This document shows, piece after piece, positions 24,934 to 37,239 of a stretch of DNA of 64,000 nucleotides. The notes below the pieces were generated by a model. That model saw only the letters and a program-made list of their open reading frames with translations, did not search any database and had not been told where the DNA came from. The stretch spans positions 119,846,001 to 119,910,000 of the forward strand of contig NC_083227.1 in NCBI RefSeq assembly GCF_032191835.1. The letters are read 5' to 3'. This DNA is from Heteronotia binoei. Lineage: Eukaryota. The translations under genes were made by a program, and so were the position numbers. Position 1 is the stretch's first letter. Each line of letters opens with the position of its first letter.

Positions 24934-25194
24934 TAGGCTGACCATATTTTGAAAAGCAAAATAGAGGACATATTTCCTGACTGACTACTTCAAACAAGTG
25001 ATCACTATGACAAATCTCATTTTAAATACCCCTACTATTTAAGCTGTGGTAATTGTTACTAACTAGGAATATTCCTAACCTTTCAACCCCAAAAGAGGAT
25101 ATTTACATAAGTTTTTTTAAAGAGCCCAAAAGAAGGGCATCATAAAAAAAAAAGAGGACATGTCCTCTAAAAAATAGGTCATCTGGAAACCATA
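24934..25194. mobile_element. hAT-type MITE (TAGGCTGACCA termini)
   Basis: Degenerate TIRs, GAGGACA subterminal repeats, flanks GTCCCAGC / CTCTCAGC (6/8). Confidence 0.55.
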
Positions 25195-26391
25195 CTCTCA
25201 GCAGAATTAGAGCCAGAATTGGAATGGAAATTTTAGGGGGTCAGTAGACCACTTCTGACCTAGAGGGAAGCCAAGAACATATTTTAAAAATTTCAAAATA
25301 TCAGTATCAATACAGAACAGCTTGATTTCTTAGTGGATGCCCCCCTGAAGAACTAGATTTAGGTTAAAGTCTGGGTTTGAAAGGTTTCCAGAAGCAGACT
25401 TTTATGTTTGGGCTGGTTTATAAAGGCTCCTGTTGGACAATTTGGGTGTAACTGGATATTGCTATTTTCTAATTTTTTTTGCTCCTAAAACTATTAGTAA
25501 GCAGGCATAAACAAGAGAACCTATCAAAATTATTGGCTATTTTCAGGTCCAGGCTCCACTCATGAGAATTCATTAGTTACAGGAAAGCTTTTTTGTGTTA
25601 GTTTTGGCATCTACTCTCTTAACCCCAGTCAAATGGTAACTGTAGACAAGTGTTGCTCAAAGTCCTATGACCCATCAGTGTGCCACATTACATTATTTCT
25701 AGCACACTTCATTTCACTTGTGTTACATGTCAAAAGTCACCTTTGTTATTCAATATTGGTTTACTTCTTTGAAGACATGTTGATATGAGTGACTTAGTCA
25801 TTTCACTTCCCAAATGCCCCTGTCTGTGACAAACAATCACCTGAAGCACTGGAAGATTCTTTTCCCCCTTTCTGATCTAAAGGAGTAGGAACAAAACAAA
25901 CAAAGAGACAATTCAGGTAAATGTCACATCTTTGTCATTCACTGAATTGTTGCTGTCAACGCACATCATTCAGCAGTTAACAGATCTGATGATACAGTCC
26001 TAAAGTAAACTCTCCACCACAGAACTGCTCATCCATGAGATTTCCATGGAAATGTAAATCTTTTTTAAAAAAAAATAGAAAAGGAGATGTATTGTTAAAG
26101 CTCTGGGGTCTGTACTGTGATACATCAGACAAAAAAGTCTTCATACTCATTCAGATGCTACTTCCAACTTGTATTCTGGGAGATAATAGTTCAGCTGTTG
26201 GAAGTATATGTAACCCCTCATGCATCCATTCTTCTATGGAACATTGATTGGCTATCCTATGCTATAGGCCACAATGTTACACCTGCAGTTAAAAAGTGTT
26301 TTGCAAATTAATAAATTAGATTGGAATACAGTATTATTTTTTACAGTCAATATAAAAATCATGCATACATATATTCACTGTACATGAACAT

Positions 26392-28153
26392 ATGAAGAAA
26401 GTGAAATTGTAACAGGTAATAAAGAGAGGGCAGAACTGCTCAATTCCTACTTTTCCTCAGTCTTCTCTTCTGAGGGGAATGGTGTTCAGCATGGCAAAAG
26501 CAGAACATATAAGGAGGGTATGAAGTTCCAACCTAGGATCAGCATAGGAGTAGTACATAAACACCTCGTTTCTTTAAATAAAACTAAGTCCTCAGGGTCA
26601 GATTAATTGCATCCAAGGATTCTAAAAGAGCTTGCGGATGTAATTTCTGAGCCTCTGGCTATTATTTTTGAGAATTCTTGGAGAACAGGAAAGGTGCCAG
26701 AAGATTGGAGGCAGGCAAATGTTGTCCACATCTTCAAGAAGGGGAAAAAAAGACGATCTGGGTAACTACCAATCTGCCAGCTTGACATCTATACCTGGAA
26801 AAGCTTTAGAACAAATCGTCAGTCAGTCTTGGAACATTTAGAAAGAATGGATGTGATTACTAAGAGCAGCATGGTTTTCTCAAGAACAAGTCATGTCAGA
26901 CTAAACTGATCTCTTTTTTTGAGAAAGTGACTACCTTGCGGGATCAGGGGAATGCTGTCGACATCGTTTATCTTGATTTCAGTAAGGCTTTTGATAAGGT
27001 TCCACATACTATCCTTGTTGACAAGTTGGTAAAATGTGGTTTGGATCCTGTTACCATTAGGTGGATCTGTAACTGGTTGACAGATCGCACCCAAAGAGTG
27101 CTTGTGAATGGTTCCTCATCCTCTTGGAGAGGAGTGACAAGTGGAGTGCCTCAAGGATCTGTCCTGGGACCTGTTTTGTTCAACGTCTTTATCAATGATT
27201 TAGATGAAGGAATAGAGGGAATGCTTTTTAAATTTGCAGATGATACTAAATTGGGAGGGGTTGCAAACATAGAAGAAGACAGAAACAGGATACAGGATGA
27301 CCTTGACAGGCTGGAAAACTGGGCTAAAACCAATAAAATGAATTTTAACAGGGATAAATGTAAAGTTCTGCATTTAGGTAGGAAAAATCCAATGCATGAT
27401 TATAGGATGGGGGAGACTTGTCTTAGCAGTAGTATGTGTGAAAAGGATCTAGAGGCCTTAGTGGATCATATGCTGAACATGAGTCAACAGTGTGATGCAG
27501 TGGCTAAAAAGGCAAATGCAATTTTGGGCTGTATCAACAGAAGTATAGTATCCAGATCACGTGATGCGATGGTATCACTTTACTCTGCTCTGGTAAGACC
27601 TCATCTGGAGTATTGTGTTCAGTTTTGGGCACCACATTTTAAGAAGGATATAGACAAGCTAGAACGGGTCCAGAAGAGGGCGATGAAGATGGTAAGGGGT
27701 CTGGAGACCAAGTCCTATGAGGAAAGATTTAAGGAGCTGGGGATGTTTAGCCTGGAGAGGAGGCAGCTGAGAGGTGATATGATCACCATCTTCAAGTACT
27801 TGAAGGGCTGTCATATAGAGGATGGTGTGGAATTGTTTTCTGTGGCCCCGGAAGGTAGGTCCAGAACCAATGGGTTGAAATTAAATCAAAAGAGTTTCCA
27901 GCTCAACATTAGGAAGAACTTCCTAACCGTTAGAGCAATTCCTCAGTGGAGCAGGCTTCCTCGGGAGGTGATGGGCTCTCCTTCCTTGGAGGTTTTTAAA
28001 CAGAGGCTAGATGGCCATCTGACAGCAATGAAGATCCTGTGAATTTAGGGGGAGGTGGATGTGAGTTTCCTGCATTGTGCAGGGGGTTGGACTAGATGAC
28101 CCTAGAGGTCCCTTCCAACTCTATGATTCTATGTTTCTATATGTTTCTATATG
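26392..28153 (+). mobile_element. 5'-truncated CR1 LINE
   Basis: ORF2 from ERAELLNSYFSSVF through the RT to the stop. 3'UTR GGGTTGGACTAGATGACC, (ATTCTATG)-type tail. Frameshifts upstream of 26927. Confidence 0.95.
26927..28042 (+). CDS. CR1 ORF2 reverse transcriptase fragment (371 aa)
   Basis: VYLDFSKAFDKV, SGVPQGSVLGPVLF, KFADDTKL and RPHLEYCVQFW motifs. Confidence 0.9.
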   Translation: MTTLRDQGNAVDIVYLDFSKAFDKVPHTILVDKLVKCGLDPVTIRWICNWLTDRTQRVLVNGSSSSWRGVTSGVPQGSVLGPVLFNVFINDLDEGIEGMLFKFADDTKLGGVANIEEDRNRIQDDLDRLENWAKTNKMNFNRDKCKVLHLGRKNPMHDYRMGETCLSSSMCEKDLEALVDHMLNMSQQCDAVAKKANAILGCINRSIVSRSRDAMVSLYSALVRPHLEYCVQFWAPHFKKDIDKLERVQKRAMKMVRGLETKSYEERFKELGMFSLERRQLRGDMITIFKYLKGCHIEDGVELFSVAPEGRSRTNGLKLNQKSFQLNIRKNFLTVRAIPQWSRLPREVMGSPSLEVFKQRLDGHLTAMKIL

Positions 28154-28840
28154 TTAGAAATATTCTAATAATCTATGCATTATAAACATTCTAATAAGGT
28201 TTCTGTTTGCCTGAATTAACGTGTCTCATCTTCCTCACCTAGCCTTTTTTTAAAAAGAAAAAGAAAAAGAAAGGCCTTCATGTATGGGGAATTTTAGTTT
28301 TGCTCATGAGACTTCCATAAACTTTTTCATTAGCGGTAGTACTTGATAGTGTAACTTTGTTGTTTCTTCTCCATTGCATGCCCTTGGGAAATACGAGAGC
28401 TGATAAATTACTTAGCTTCTGGAACAAGCTTAAATAGCAACCATTCGTGTCTGTTGAAACACTGAAGACACTATGGAAAGCTTCCATGTGCTTTGCTGAT
28501 CTGCTACAAGAGAGGGGTTTGGTTTGGATTTAGGATCTGGCATAGTCCAGTGAAAATATAAGCATTTATTAGATCATCCTGCCAAGGTATAGTGGTTAAA
28601 TGCAGCCTGCCCATCTGAAGTGGTGTTCCAAAATGATAGAAAGCTGAAGGCAGCTAGAGATAGATCTACGTTAATTATACTTCATTATATGTATGTAAAT
28701 TGCTGAGTAGGTTTTGCATTTCCCCTATTATTTATTTCACTTATAATGAAACAATACACTTTTCTATTTGCTTTAATGTATCTTATTCTCAAGAATGGCC
28801 CTATCTGTAGATACTTAAAAAAACAGAGATTAGAGCTATG

Positions 28841-29016
28841 CAGGGCTTTTTTTTTTTTGTAGCAGGAACTTATTGCATATTAGGCTACACTCCCTTGATA
28901 TAGCCAATCCTTACAGAGCTCTTCTTCAGGACCTACTGTAAGCGCTTGGATGACTGGCTACATCAGGGGTGTGTGGCCTAATATGCAAAGGAGTTCTTGC
29001 TACAAAAAAAGCCCTG
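28841..29016. mobile_element. Palindromic hAT MITE
   Basis: CAGGGCTTTTT...GTAGCAGGAAC / GAGTTCTTGCTACAAAAAAAGCCCTG. TSD GAGCTATG / GAGCTCTG. Confidence 0.82.
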
Positions 29017-29029
29017 GAGCTCTGACTGA

Positions 29030-29500
29030 CAAGGCGGATCTTTCTGCAAACCTGATAAAAGCACTAGGTTTGCAGAAAAACCTGAAATTAAGAACTTGTG
29101 GGATTAACCACTCCAAATAATAAAAGCAATGCCTGTGCCTTTAAGAAGTGGATGGCCTCTGAGATCTCAGTGGCCATTGTGGTGTTGCTAGGCAACACAA
29201 CAATATTCCCAGCCTTCAACCCTTGGTTCTTTCAGTAAAAGGCAGCAAAGTGGAGCAGGGCCATTTCCAGGGCTTTTTGGCTCCCAGTCTGCTGCTCCCC
29301 TCTCTCATCCCCTGGAGGAAGAACTCATCAGGGTCAGGTCCAGCAGTAACTTGCTACCATACAACTTGATGTCACAGAACTCACTTGCTGGATGACCTTC
29401 AGCCAGTTACTCTCTCTCTTAGCCTAACCTACTTCACAGAGTTATTGTGTTGATAAAATTGGACTGGTGAGAACTAAGTAAGCTGCTTTAGGTCCCCATT
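29030..29500 (-). repeat. Dispersed repeat copy E (reverse orientation) with SINE body at 29380-29500
   Basis: Reverse complement contains CCCTGGAAATGGCCCTGCTC, CTGCCTTTTACTG and GTTGCCTAGCAAC. SINE lies in the same relative orientation as in the other copies. Confidence 0.62.
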
Positions 29501-32462
29501 GAAAAGGAACATAGGCAGGGGAAATGCAGTGGAATGGAGTTCTAGAACCTCTTTGTGGAAACAAAATTCTAAAAAAAAAAGTTGAAAAGTTCATGAAGGG
29601 CACACATGTGTTGTTCCTTCATTTCCCTCATGAGAGTTCTAGCACCTCTTTTTTGAGAAAAAAAGCTCCAAACATAGGATATAAATGAAGTGAATAAACA
29701 ATAAATGAATTCAAGGACTGGGAGTCAGATAAAGCAAGGTTGGCTGGTGAGGGGGAAGAAGAGAAGGAAGCAGGGAAAGGGGAGAGGTTATGAGGCTTCT
29801 AGGAGAAGATAAAAATGGAAATACTGAGAGAAGAGAATACAACAGAAAATGAAGTGACCCCTACAAGTCCTTGAAGGTTCCTAGCTTGGCTATTTCTAAT
29901 CTGTGTGGTGATGATTGCAGGTGTGAGAGCATTACTTTTTCAGCCACCAAGTTATAATTATATATAAAGATGGGTTTCTGGATGGGGTCTTTTGCCAACC
30001 TGTACAAGAACCCTACCCTTGTTGCAGATACATCTATCAATAGAAGGGTTACAGAAAAAATGATTAATATTTTTTTTAAAAAAAAACAATTTCACTGAGT
30101 TTTTTTAACAGTTATGGAGGATGCTTTCTTTGCACCTAGCTGTCACTGTGTAAATGGGGGAAGCATATTCTAACAGGCTGCAACCTATGCAGAAGAGCTG
30201 TCACTGGTAGCTCAGAGGGACTAATTATGAAAGCATGGTTATAATGGATTAGTCACTCTGTCAATCTGAGATATGCATCTGGTAACAAAAAGGTAATGGG
30301 TGAAAATGCCACAAGATTGGAGAATTGGTTGCTGTGGGTTAAGTACCATGTTTATCTACTGGAGAAGAAAGGCAGGGTTCAGGGGAGGATCAGTTTTTAT
30401 ATAATAAGGAACCACTAATTACATGTGTCAGAGAAAGACTGAAAAGTATTTCCTTCCAACTCCTCGTGTTGAAGCTATATAGGGAGAAGAAGGAAGCCAG
30501 AAAGGCAATTTATTAGTATGTAATTAATCACTATGACCACTGACTATAATATCCAGTAAAAAGAATTTTCTGATAGAAAAGACTTTAAAATAAAAGGTAT
30601 GGTTATTTTTATATTGTTATTAGAGTAAACAGCAGTTTGGAAACTTGAACTGGAATTATGATAGGAACATAAAACAGCCGAAGACTTCAAATGCAACATT
30701 TAATCCCAGCGCTTTGAAATGCAATATTTATTTGAATGACCGGAATGTACATTTGGAATTATGATACACTTAGGCCCTGTTCACAGTGTGTTGAGTCTGT
30801 GTTAAACTGATCCAGTTCTGTTCCGAATATCTTTGTTCCGGATAGTATCGATCAGACTGCCATACTGCAATTCGAATCACTCCACAGTGAAACCGTCTTC
30901 TACCATCCACACGACGGCACCATGCAGGTTTTTTCTCCACTTTTATGTGCATTATGCACATGCATGCCTTATGCACACATGCGCATAGGTTAAAACATTA
31001 TGTGGTTATGCAGTTATGTGCATATCGCTAAGTAGTAAAAAAAAAAAAATGGCTACCGTAAACCGGATGTCTGAGGTAGGGATGTGCATTCGGCTCGGCC
31101 GAGCCAAAAATACAGCCGAATCAACGCTGATTCGGCTGTATTCTGCATTGCCCGCAGCCGAAAGCCATTGCCGCCCATTATGCGGCTCCCGAACGCGGCC
31201 GCCGTATTCTTCCGAACCTCTATTCAGAAGAATACGGTACGGCTGTCAAAAGGCTGCTCAGTGTGTCAACTTCAATAGAAAAGGTGGGAAGTGGCTTTTG
31301 CAGCCTCAATGGAGCTGCTTGCTTAGCTTCCCGCCTCTCCTATAGCCTCCCTGGGATCAGGGAGGGGGGGGAGGGGGAAGAGGAGCCCCAGCAGCCAATC
31401 CAAAGCATGCATTTGCAAAATGCATCGCAAATGCATGCTTTGCTGGGCTGTTGTTGTGTACTGTGTAGCTGATGGCCCAGCCATCAGCTACATTGTTATT
31501 TTGATCTTTTGCTTACTTGGGTATCCAAGTAAGCAATGTTCTCTGGCCAATCAGAGAGAGCAGTGCTATTTTTTGAAATTGCTCTCTGTAGGGCCAGAGA
31601 ACCTTTTAAAGGAGTCTTCCTGCTGGACTCCTCCTCCATTGCTGTGTTGGTGTATGTGGTGTGGGTTGGTGTGAGAGAGATTGTGCTGCTGCTGGTGACT
31701 GGCTGGCCCTTGGCTTCAGCTCCTGCCTGCTGCTCTCTCACTGCCTTACCACCTCCCTGGACTCAGAGAAGACAAGGTAAGACAGTTTTGGGGTTCTTGT
31801 TTTAGTTTTTGTTGGTAAAAGGACTAGAGTCCCTTTACTTGTTCAGATTTGGGTGGGTGAGTGCTGGGTGGGTAGGGTAGCCTATTTGGGGTTGAGGTGA
31901 GGTTCTGCTGGGGGTGTGGGGGCCTGGGGTGGGGTGGTTTTGCTAATTTGCCCATATCTTAATTTAGTGAGAGGACTTTTTAAAGTGCAGTGTCCTTTTA
32001 CTTCTCCTGATTTGGGTGGCTTGGATTTATTGGGGTTAGGGTGAAGGGGGTTTTTTGGGGAGGGAGTTCCTGTATTATTAAAAGTTGAGTTTTTTACTGT
32101 TTCATTGTTTGATTTGTTGCTGCTGTGTTGTGTTGCTGCTTTGTTACTTTTATCTTCAGGTTATTGGGGGGGGGGGTGCTGTTTGGCCTAATTTTCATTG
32201 TTTTGTCCCTCTTTTCTGGTTCTGGTTTTAGGGGTGGGGGTGTTGTTGTTGACTGATTTGGCCTGAGTTTTCTTATTGGTGAAAGGCCACTTTTTAAAAT
32301 CTTGAGTTGGTTTGCTTGGCCTCTTGTGATTCTCTGGTTTTGTTTTGGTTTTTTAAAATTACCTCTGGTTGGTGTGGGGGTTGGCGAGGGTGTGTGTGGG
32401 CTGGGTCACTTTCTTGTTGTTATAGAGTGATTTTTGGAATCTGAGTGTGCTCTCGGTTTGGC

Positions 32463-32828
32463 TAGATTGTGTTGTTTGGGGCAGGGAAGCTGGCACCTGG
32501 GTGAGAGACCCAGAGGCAGCAGGCTTTTTGTGGTTTGCCAGCTCTCCCCGTGTTGTTTGGGGCAGGGCTGGAGAGCTGGCACCTGTAGATTGTGTTGTTT
32601 GGGGCAGGGAAGCTGGCACCTGGGTGAGAGACCCAGAGGCAGCAGGCTTTTTGTGGTTTGCCAGCTCTCCCCGTGTTGTTTGGGGCAGGGCTGGAGAGCT
32701 GGCACCTGTAGATTGTGTTGTTTGGGGCAGGGAAGCTGGCACCTGGGTGAGAGACCCAGAGGCAGCAGGCTTTTTGTGGTTTGCCAGCTCTCCCCGTGTT
32801 GTTTGGGGCAGGGCTGGAGAGCTGGCAT
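32463..32828. repeat. Tandem repeat, 123-bp unit x3
   Basis: TAGATTGTGTTGTTTGGGGCAGGGAAG... starts at 32463, 32586 and 32709, essentially identical. Confidence 0.92.
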
Positions 32829-33422
32829 CTGGGTTTGCTGCAGCCAGGTCTGCAGAGCAGACCTTGAGCAGATTGTGTTTTGTACTGCCACGACGTTGGC
32901 AACTGGGTTTTTATTGGTGCCAGGCCTGCAGGGTTCATAGATTAGATAGAGGGATGTAGTGCATTTGGGGCCTATAGAGATTCTCTGGTGTGAAGTTAGG
33001 TTTGGCTTTGGGTGCCCCAGGAATTGGACCCCCTGGTCCAATTTTTTTTTGGCCTTGTGGGTTTTGTGTGGGACAGTCCCCTGAAGCTGCACAGCAGTTT
33101 GGGTGGCTCTCCTCAAAACCTCCTGCTCCCCAGAGCCACTTTTCCCACGACAATTGCAGTGAGGAAGTAGCTCTAATTGGTTTTTTCTCACCATTGGGAG
33201 CAGTGTCCCTTTTGGGGTGCCCACAGATGGGTGCTGCCTTTTGGGGCCAGGGGGGTTGCATGCTGGGGAGTCCCCTGAAGCTGCCCTGCAGTTTTGGGGC
33301 CTCTCCCTCAAACCCCCCTCTGGCCAGAGCCACTTTCCCCACAGCAATTGTAGTGGAGGAAGTGGCTAATTGGGCTTTCCCCATCATTGTTGGCAATGGG
33401 CCTTTTGGGGAGCCCAAAGACA

Positions 33423-33900
33423 GGGACCCCCTGGCCCAATCTTTTTGGGACTTGGGGGGGTTGTAGGGGAGAGTCCCCTGCAGGTCCCCTGCAAATTTGG
33501 GGGCTCTCCCTCAAACCCCCTCCCCTCCAGGCGGCTTCAATTATACCCTATTTGCCATTGATTTCAATGGCCCATAGGGTATAATGATGGAATAGGGGCA
33601 CCCTCTTTGGGTGCCCCTGGAATGGGACCCCCTGGCCCAATCTTTTTGGGACTTGGGGGGGTTGTAGGGGAGAGTCCCCTGCAGGTCCCCTGCAAATTTG
33701 GGGGCTCTCCCTCAAACCCCCTCCCCTCCAGGCGGCTTCAATTATACCCTATTTGCCATTGATTTCAATGGCCCATAGGGTATAATGATGGAATAGGGGC
33801 ACCCTCTTTGCCCCTGGCCCAATCTTTTTGGGACTTGGGGGGTTTGGAGGGGAGAGTCCCCTGCAGGTCCCCTGCAAATTTGGGGGCTCTCCCTCAACCC
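33423..33900. repeat. Tandem repeat, 201-bp unit x about 2.4
   Basis: GGGACCCCCTGGCCCAATC at 33423 and 33624. A third copy near 33811 has a short deletion. Confidence 0.9.
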
Positions 33901-34752
33901 CCTTCAGACTTCAGCCTTCAGACATCCAGAAGCTGGTCAAGAACTATCCAGATGGGGAAACTACAAGGTGAAACCGGAAAACTAAAAAAACACTGCAAAG
34001 GAGCAGGTAACAAAATACTCTGGTTCCGAGAAGGATTGGGGGTGGGGGGGTGGGAGGGCTACTACAAGTTAATACCGGGAGGCAGATGTTGCTGTCTGAT
34101 CAGCCACTTTTAATATGGTATGAAACAGCAGCGACAACTGATTATACTGTGCGTCTGAACAGCCCCTTAATGTTATATGCACAGTCTAAATAAGAAAGTT
34201 TAAGCACTTGTAATTATTGACTGTTCAATATCTGGTACTGTGATATCACTACTGACATACATAAAATCTTTGGGTACATACATAAAAATGTGTTTACTTT
34301 ATTAGCCTGCATTGCATTTGATCCCCTGGCATTCATATGCAAGAGGGGGGAAACATGCAGCCTTTCCAAGCTGTTTAAAAAACTCATTCAATGTAAAAGC
34401 TATTCCTCCACATCATTAAAGAGTGGACAATCAGGCCTCCCCTTTCAGAATAGTTTATACTAAAAGTGAGAATTGGGTCTTTAGTGTACTGCAGTGGTGG
34501 CAAAACTGATGTTTTAATGAGAGACACAATGAAAGAGAGAGTTCCATCTTAGTGTACACTACAATACACTATAATATAACTCTGTGTTCCTTGGTGTAGT
34601 TTTTCCTAGAGTCTACTGAGGTAGGGGAAGAGGAATGGTCCGCACAGGATAAGGCAAGCAATAGTACAGACTCACAATGTCTCCTAGTCTGTCCTGAGGT
34701 GCTAGCCTGCAACACATAGCTCTTCTGCTTCTGGCATCTACAGTGTAATGCT

Positions 34753-35271
34753 TAGGCTTCCCAATCCCCCAGTCCCAGCGGGGGATCCCCCAGTTTAACA
34801 GGCTCCACCCCACCCCCAGGCAGCTGGCCAGTGGGGGAAAGCCCCGCCCCCACAGCCACGTACCTCTAGATCTCCAGCAGGTTTAGAAGCCTGCAAACAG
34901 GTCCCATTTTAAAATGTGTGTGTGTGTGCCTTTAAATTTGAGCAGGAAGCGAAAGCTTCATGGGGAAAAGCCATCAGCAGAAATATAGGGTGGCCATAAT
35001 ATCTGCAGGCCAGCCAGGGACACCTTGAAGGGGGAATGAATGTGTGTGTGCGCGCGCGAAGCGTGTTGCCACCGCAAACAGGAAGTGACGTCACTTCCGG
35101 TGACGTCACTTCCGGTGACGTCATGCCACCGCTGGAAACAGGAAGTGACATCACCTCCTTTGACAGCACTTCCTGTGATGTCATTTCCCCCAAATATCTC
35201 CGCCGGAAACATGAAGTGACATCACTTCCCCAAATTGCCACTGCTGGAAACAGAGACTTCTGGTGACATTA
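34753..35271. mobile_element. hAT-like element (TAGGGTTGCCA family) with GTGACRTCACTTCC arrays
   Basis: TAGGCTTCCCAATCCCC left end. Body similar to 39627-39800. Degenerate right end; no TSD seen. Confidence 0.55.
35081..35123. promoter_or_regulatory. Three tandem CRE palindromes with overlapping ETS cores (motif only)
   Basis: GGAAG-TGACGTCA-CTTCCGG-TGACGTCA-CTTCCGG-TGACGTCA, 15-bp period. Confidence 0.45.
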
Positions 35272-35616
35272 CCACCCCCAAAATATACAACTTGAAAAAA
35301 GAAGAGAAACTTCAAGATGTTCCCTGCTGAAGAAAAAAAGGCTCCAACAGCAACCCCTCTTGAGTCAGATTCACAGGAAAACAATCCACTATCCTTGATA
35401 CCTATCACTAAACAATAACAGACTGTTATTTCTTTCTTCAGGGATATATGCAGCCCCGTTTTATCTGCACAATGCTACTAGGATAGGTTCCATGGGAGTG
35501 ATTGACTTAAATTCCCTCAGGGAGTGTGGACAAACCATGGATTAAAACCTACACCCCTCTCATCCTACTCTGAGACAGAATGAGGCAATAGTGATAAACA
35601 GACAGAATTTTAGGTA

Positions 35617-35798
35617 GAAGAAGAGATTGGATTTATACCCTTCACTCAGAGTCTCAAAGTGACTTCCAATCTCCTTTCCCTTCCCCACCCCTCCCCTGTA
35701 GTTCTTCCCAAGGTCATACTAGCATGTGCAGGTAGAGGACAGGTGAATCAAACCTGGTTCACCCAGATTAGAGTCTGTGCATTTTACGCCAAACTGGC
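35617..35798 (-). mobile_element. Squam3-like SINE with internal deletion
   Basis: Reverse complement has a GCCAGTTTGGCGTAAA head and a GTATAAATCCAATCTCTTCTTC tail. Confidence 0.7.
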
Positions 35799-36779
35799 AA
35801 GCAGGGAGGTAGTAGTAAGGGCTGCTCCACTTCAGACTGCAACAGAGGTACTATATATTTTAAGTTTCCATACATTAGTAATTCCCCACAGGTGGGAAAC
35901 CAGCACAACATGCAAAACACAGATGATGTGTAGAGAGATCCCCCCCCCCTCCAAGGGTAGCAATGAAAATATAATTTACTCTGCCTGCAGTCCTCATGAT
36001 TCTACCCATTACTGATGAGACCAGGCTTGAAACTTTAGCCTACAGGGCCCTCAACCTTTCTGAGCCCATGGCACCTTTGGAATTTTGACAGGGGGTAGTG
36101 GTGGGTGCCACCCCAAAATAGGTGCTCCAGGAGGCAGAGCCAAATGCAAAAAAAAAAAAAAAGCACAATAACCTCACTGAAAACATGACGAGAAAGGAGA
36201 GAGAGAAGGGATTATAAAAAGGAAAGCCAGAAGGTAGAATGGGACCACACACTTGACTGAGGAAAGCCTGAATGCTTGCTGGGCAGCCCTCCTGATCCTC
36301 CACTGGCTCTGGCTGCTGTTCATCATAGAAAAGCCTTTCATTAGAATGAGGCCAGCCAATGAGAAACCAATCCTTGCAATGGTCCCACCCACTTTTTGAG
36401 AAGCTTAGTGGGCATCATGGGAGGTACTGGCAGGAACCATGGTGCCCATGGGCACCGCTTTAGGGATTCTTATTCCAGGCATTACACCTCACCGACTTAT
36501 AGACACAAGATTGATAAATGGAAAAGGTAACACAGCCTCCTTGCCACGGTTTCCAGCTCTCATTTTAATTCATTTCTCCATTATAATTCAGGCCAAGTAT
36601 TATACCATAAACTACCATGGCCCCCTTTTCAAACTCCTTCTGACTCACATAGTGCCAATCAGTGGGTGAATCAGGAGGACCAAAAGGGAAACACCCATTT
36701 TGGGTGGTGGAAAGTGGCACAAGTTCCAACTGACTTCTGGCGACCCCATAGGGTTTTTAAGGCAAGAACCCTGAACAGG

Positions 36780-36935
36780 ATAGCCTGATCTCATCAGGTC
36801 TTGAAAGCTAGGTAAGGTCAACTCTGGCAAGTACTTGGCTGAGAGACCTCTTTGGTATACCAGCAATCTGGAGGCCTGGGCAGGCGTTATTCAGCCACAG
36901 TAGGGGTCAGTCACCAGAGGTCGCCATGACAAAAA
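36780..36935 (+). mobile_element. 5S-derived SINE (shortened)
   Basis: GCCTGATCTCATCAGGTCTTGAAAGCTAG...GTACTTGGCTGAGAGACC, A tail. Confidence 0.6.
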
Positions 36936-36974
36936 AAAAGGCGAGAGACAAACTGAGGTAATTTGATCCATTGC

Positions 36975-37085
36975 CTGCTTCTGCAGAGCAACCTTGGCCT
37001 TCCTTGGTGGTCTCATCCATGGAATAACCAAGGCCAACGCTGCTTAGCTTCTAAGATGTAAGCAGATCAGGCTAGGCCAGGGCAG
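36975..37085 (-). mobile_element. 5S-derived SINE head
   Basis: Reverse complement GCCTAGCCTGATCTGCTTACATCTTAGAAGCTAAGCAG...GGATGAGACCACCAAGG. Confidence 0.55.
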
Positions 37086-37239
37086 CCATTTATTATTTTC
37101 CTAGCTTAAGAGGTGTAGTTTGAAGCAAATAATATGATATGGTAAAAGGTTTTTTTTTTTACTATTGATAACTGATAAAGAGATTTGTCATATATCAGGA
37201 GCTTCCATAGTTAGCAGTGGCTGAAAGCTAGACTGCCAC

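Larger units (their letters stand above)
31076..33900. mobile_element. Nested non-autonomous element with TAGGGATGTGCA left end; right end not found
   Basis: CpG-rich CCGAAT/ATTCGG subterminal repeats at 31076-31240, then G/T-rich interior with tandem arrays. Confidence 0.55.
30773..34166. mobile_element. Harbinger-like non-autonomous element expanded by a nested insert
   Basis: GGCCCTGTTCACA / TCTGAACAGCCCC termini (10/13) with TTA on both sides. Confidence 0.6.

Noticed and set aside
32359-33584. Stack of overlapping ORFs up to 313 aa on both strands
   Set aside because: Produced by the stop-poor 123-bp (41-codon) tandem repeat and GC-rich TE interior. No protein motifs.
32463-33900. CRISPR-like appearance of the tandem arrays
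   Set aside because: Eukaryotic DNA with head-to-tail units, no unique spacers and no cas genes.
28200-34740. Minus-strand exon candidates at 34737-34676 and about 28500-28400
   Set aside because: Joining them gives stops in the compatible phases. At most non-coding.
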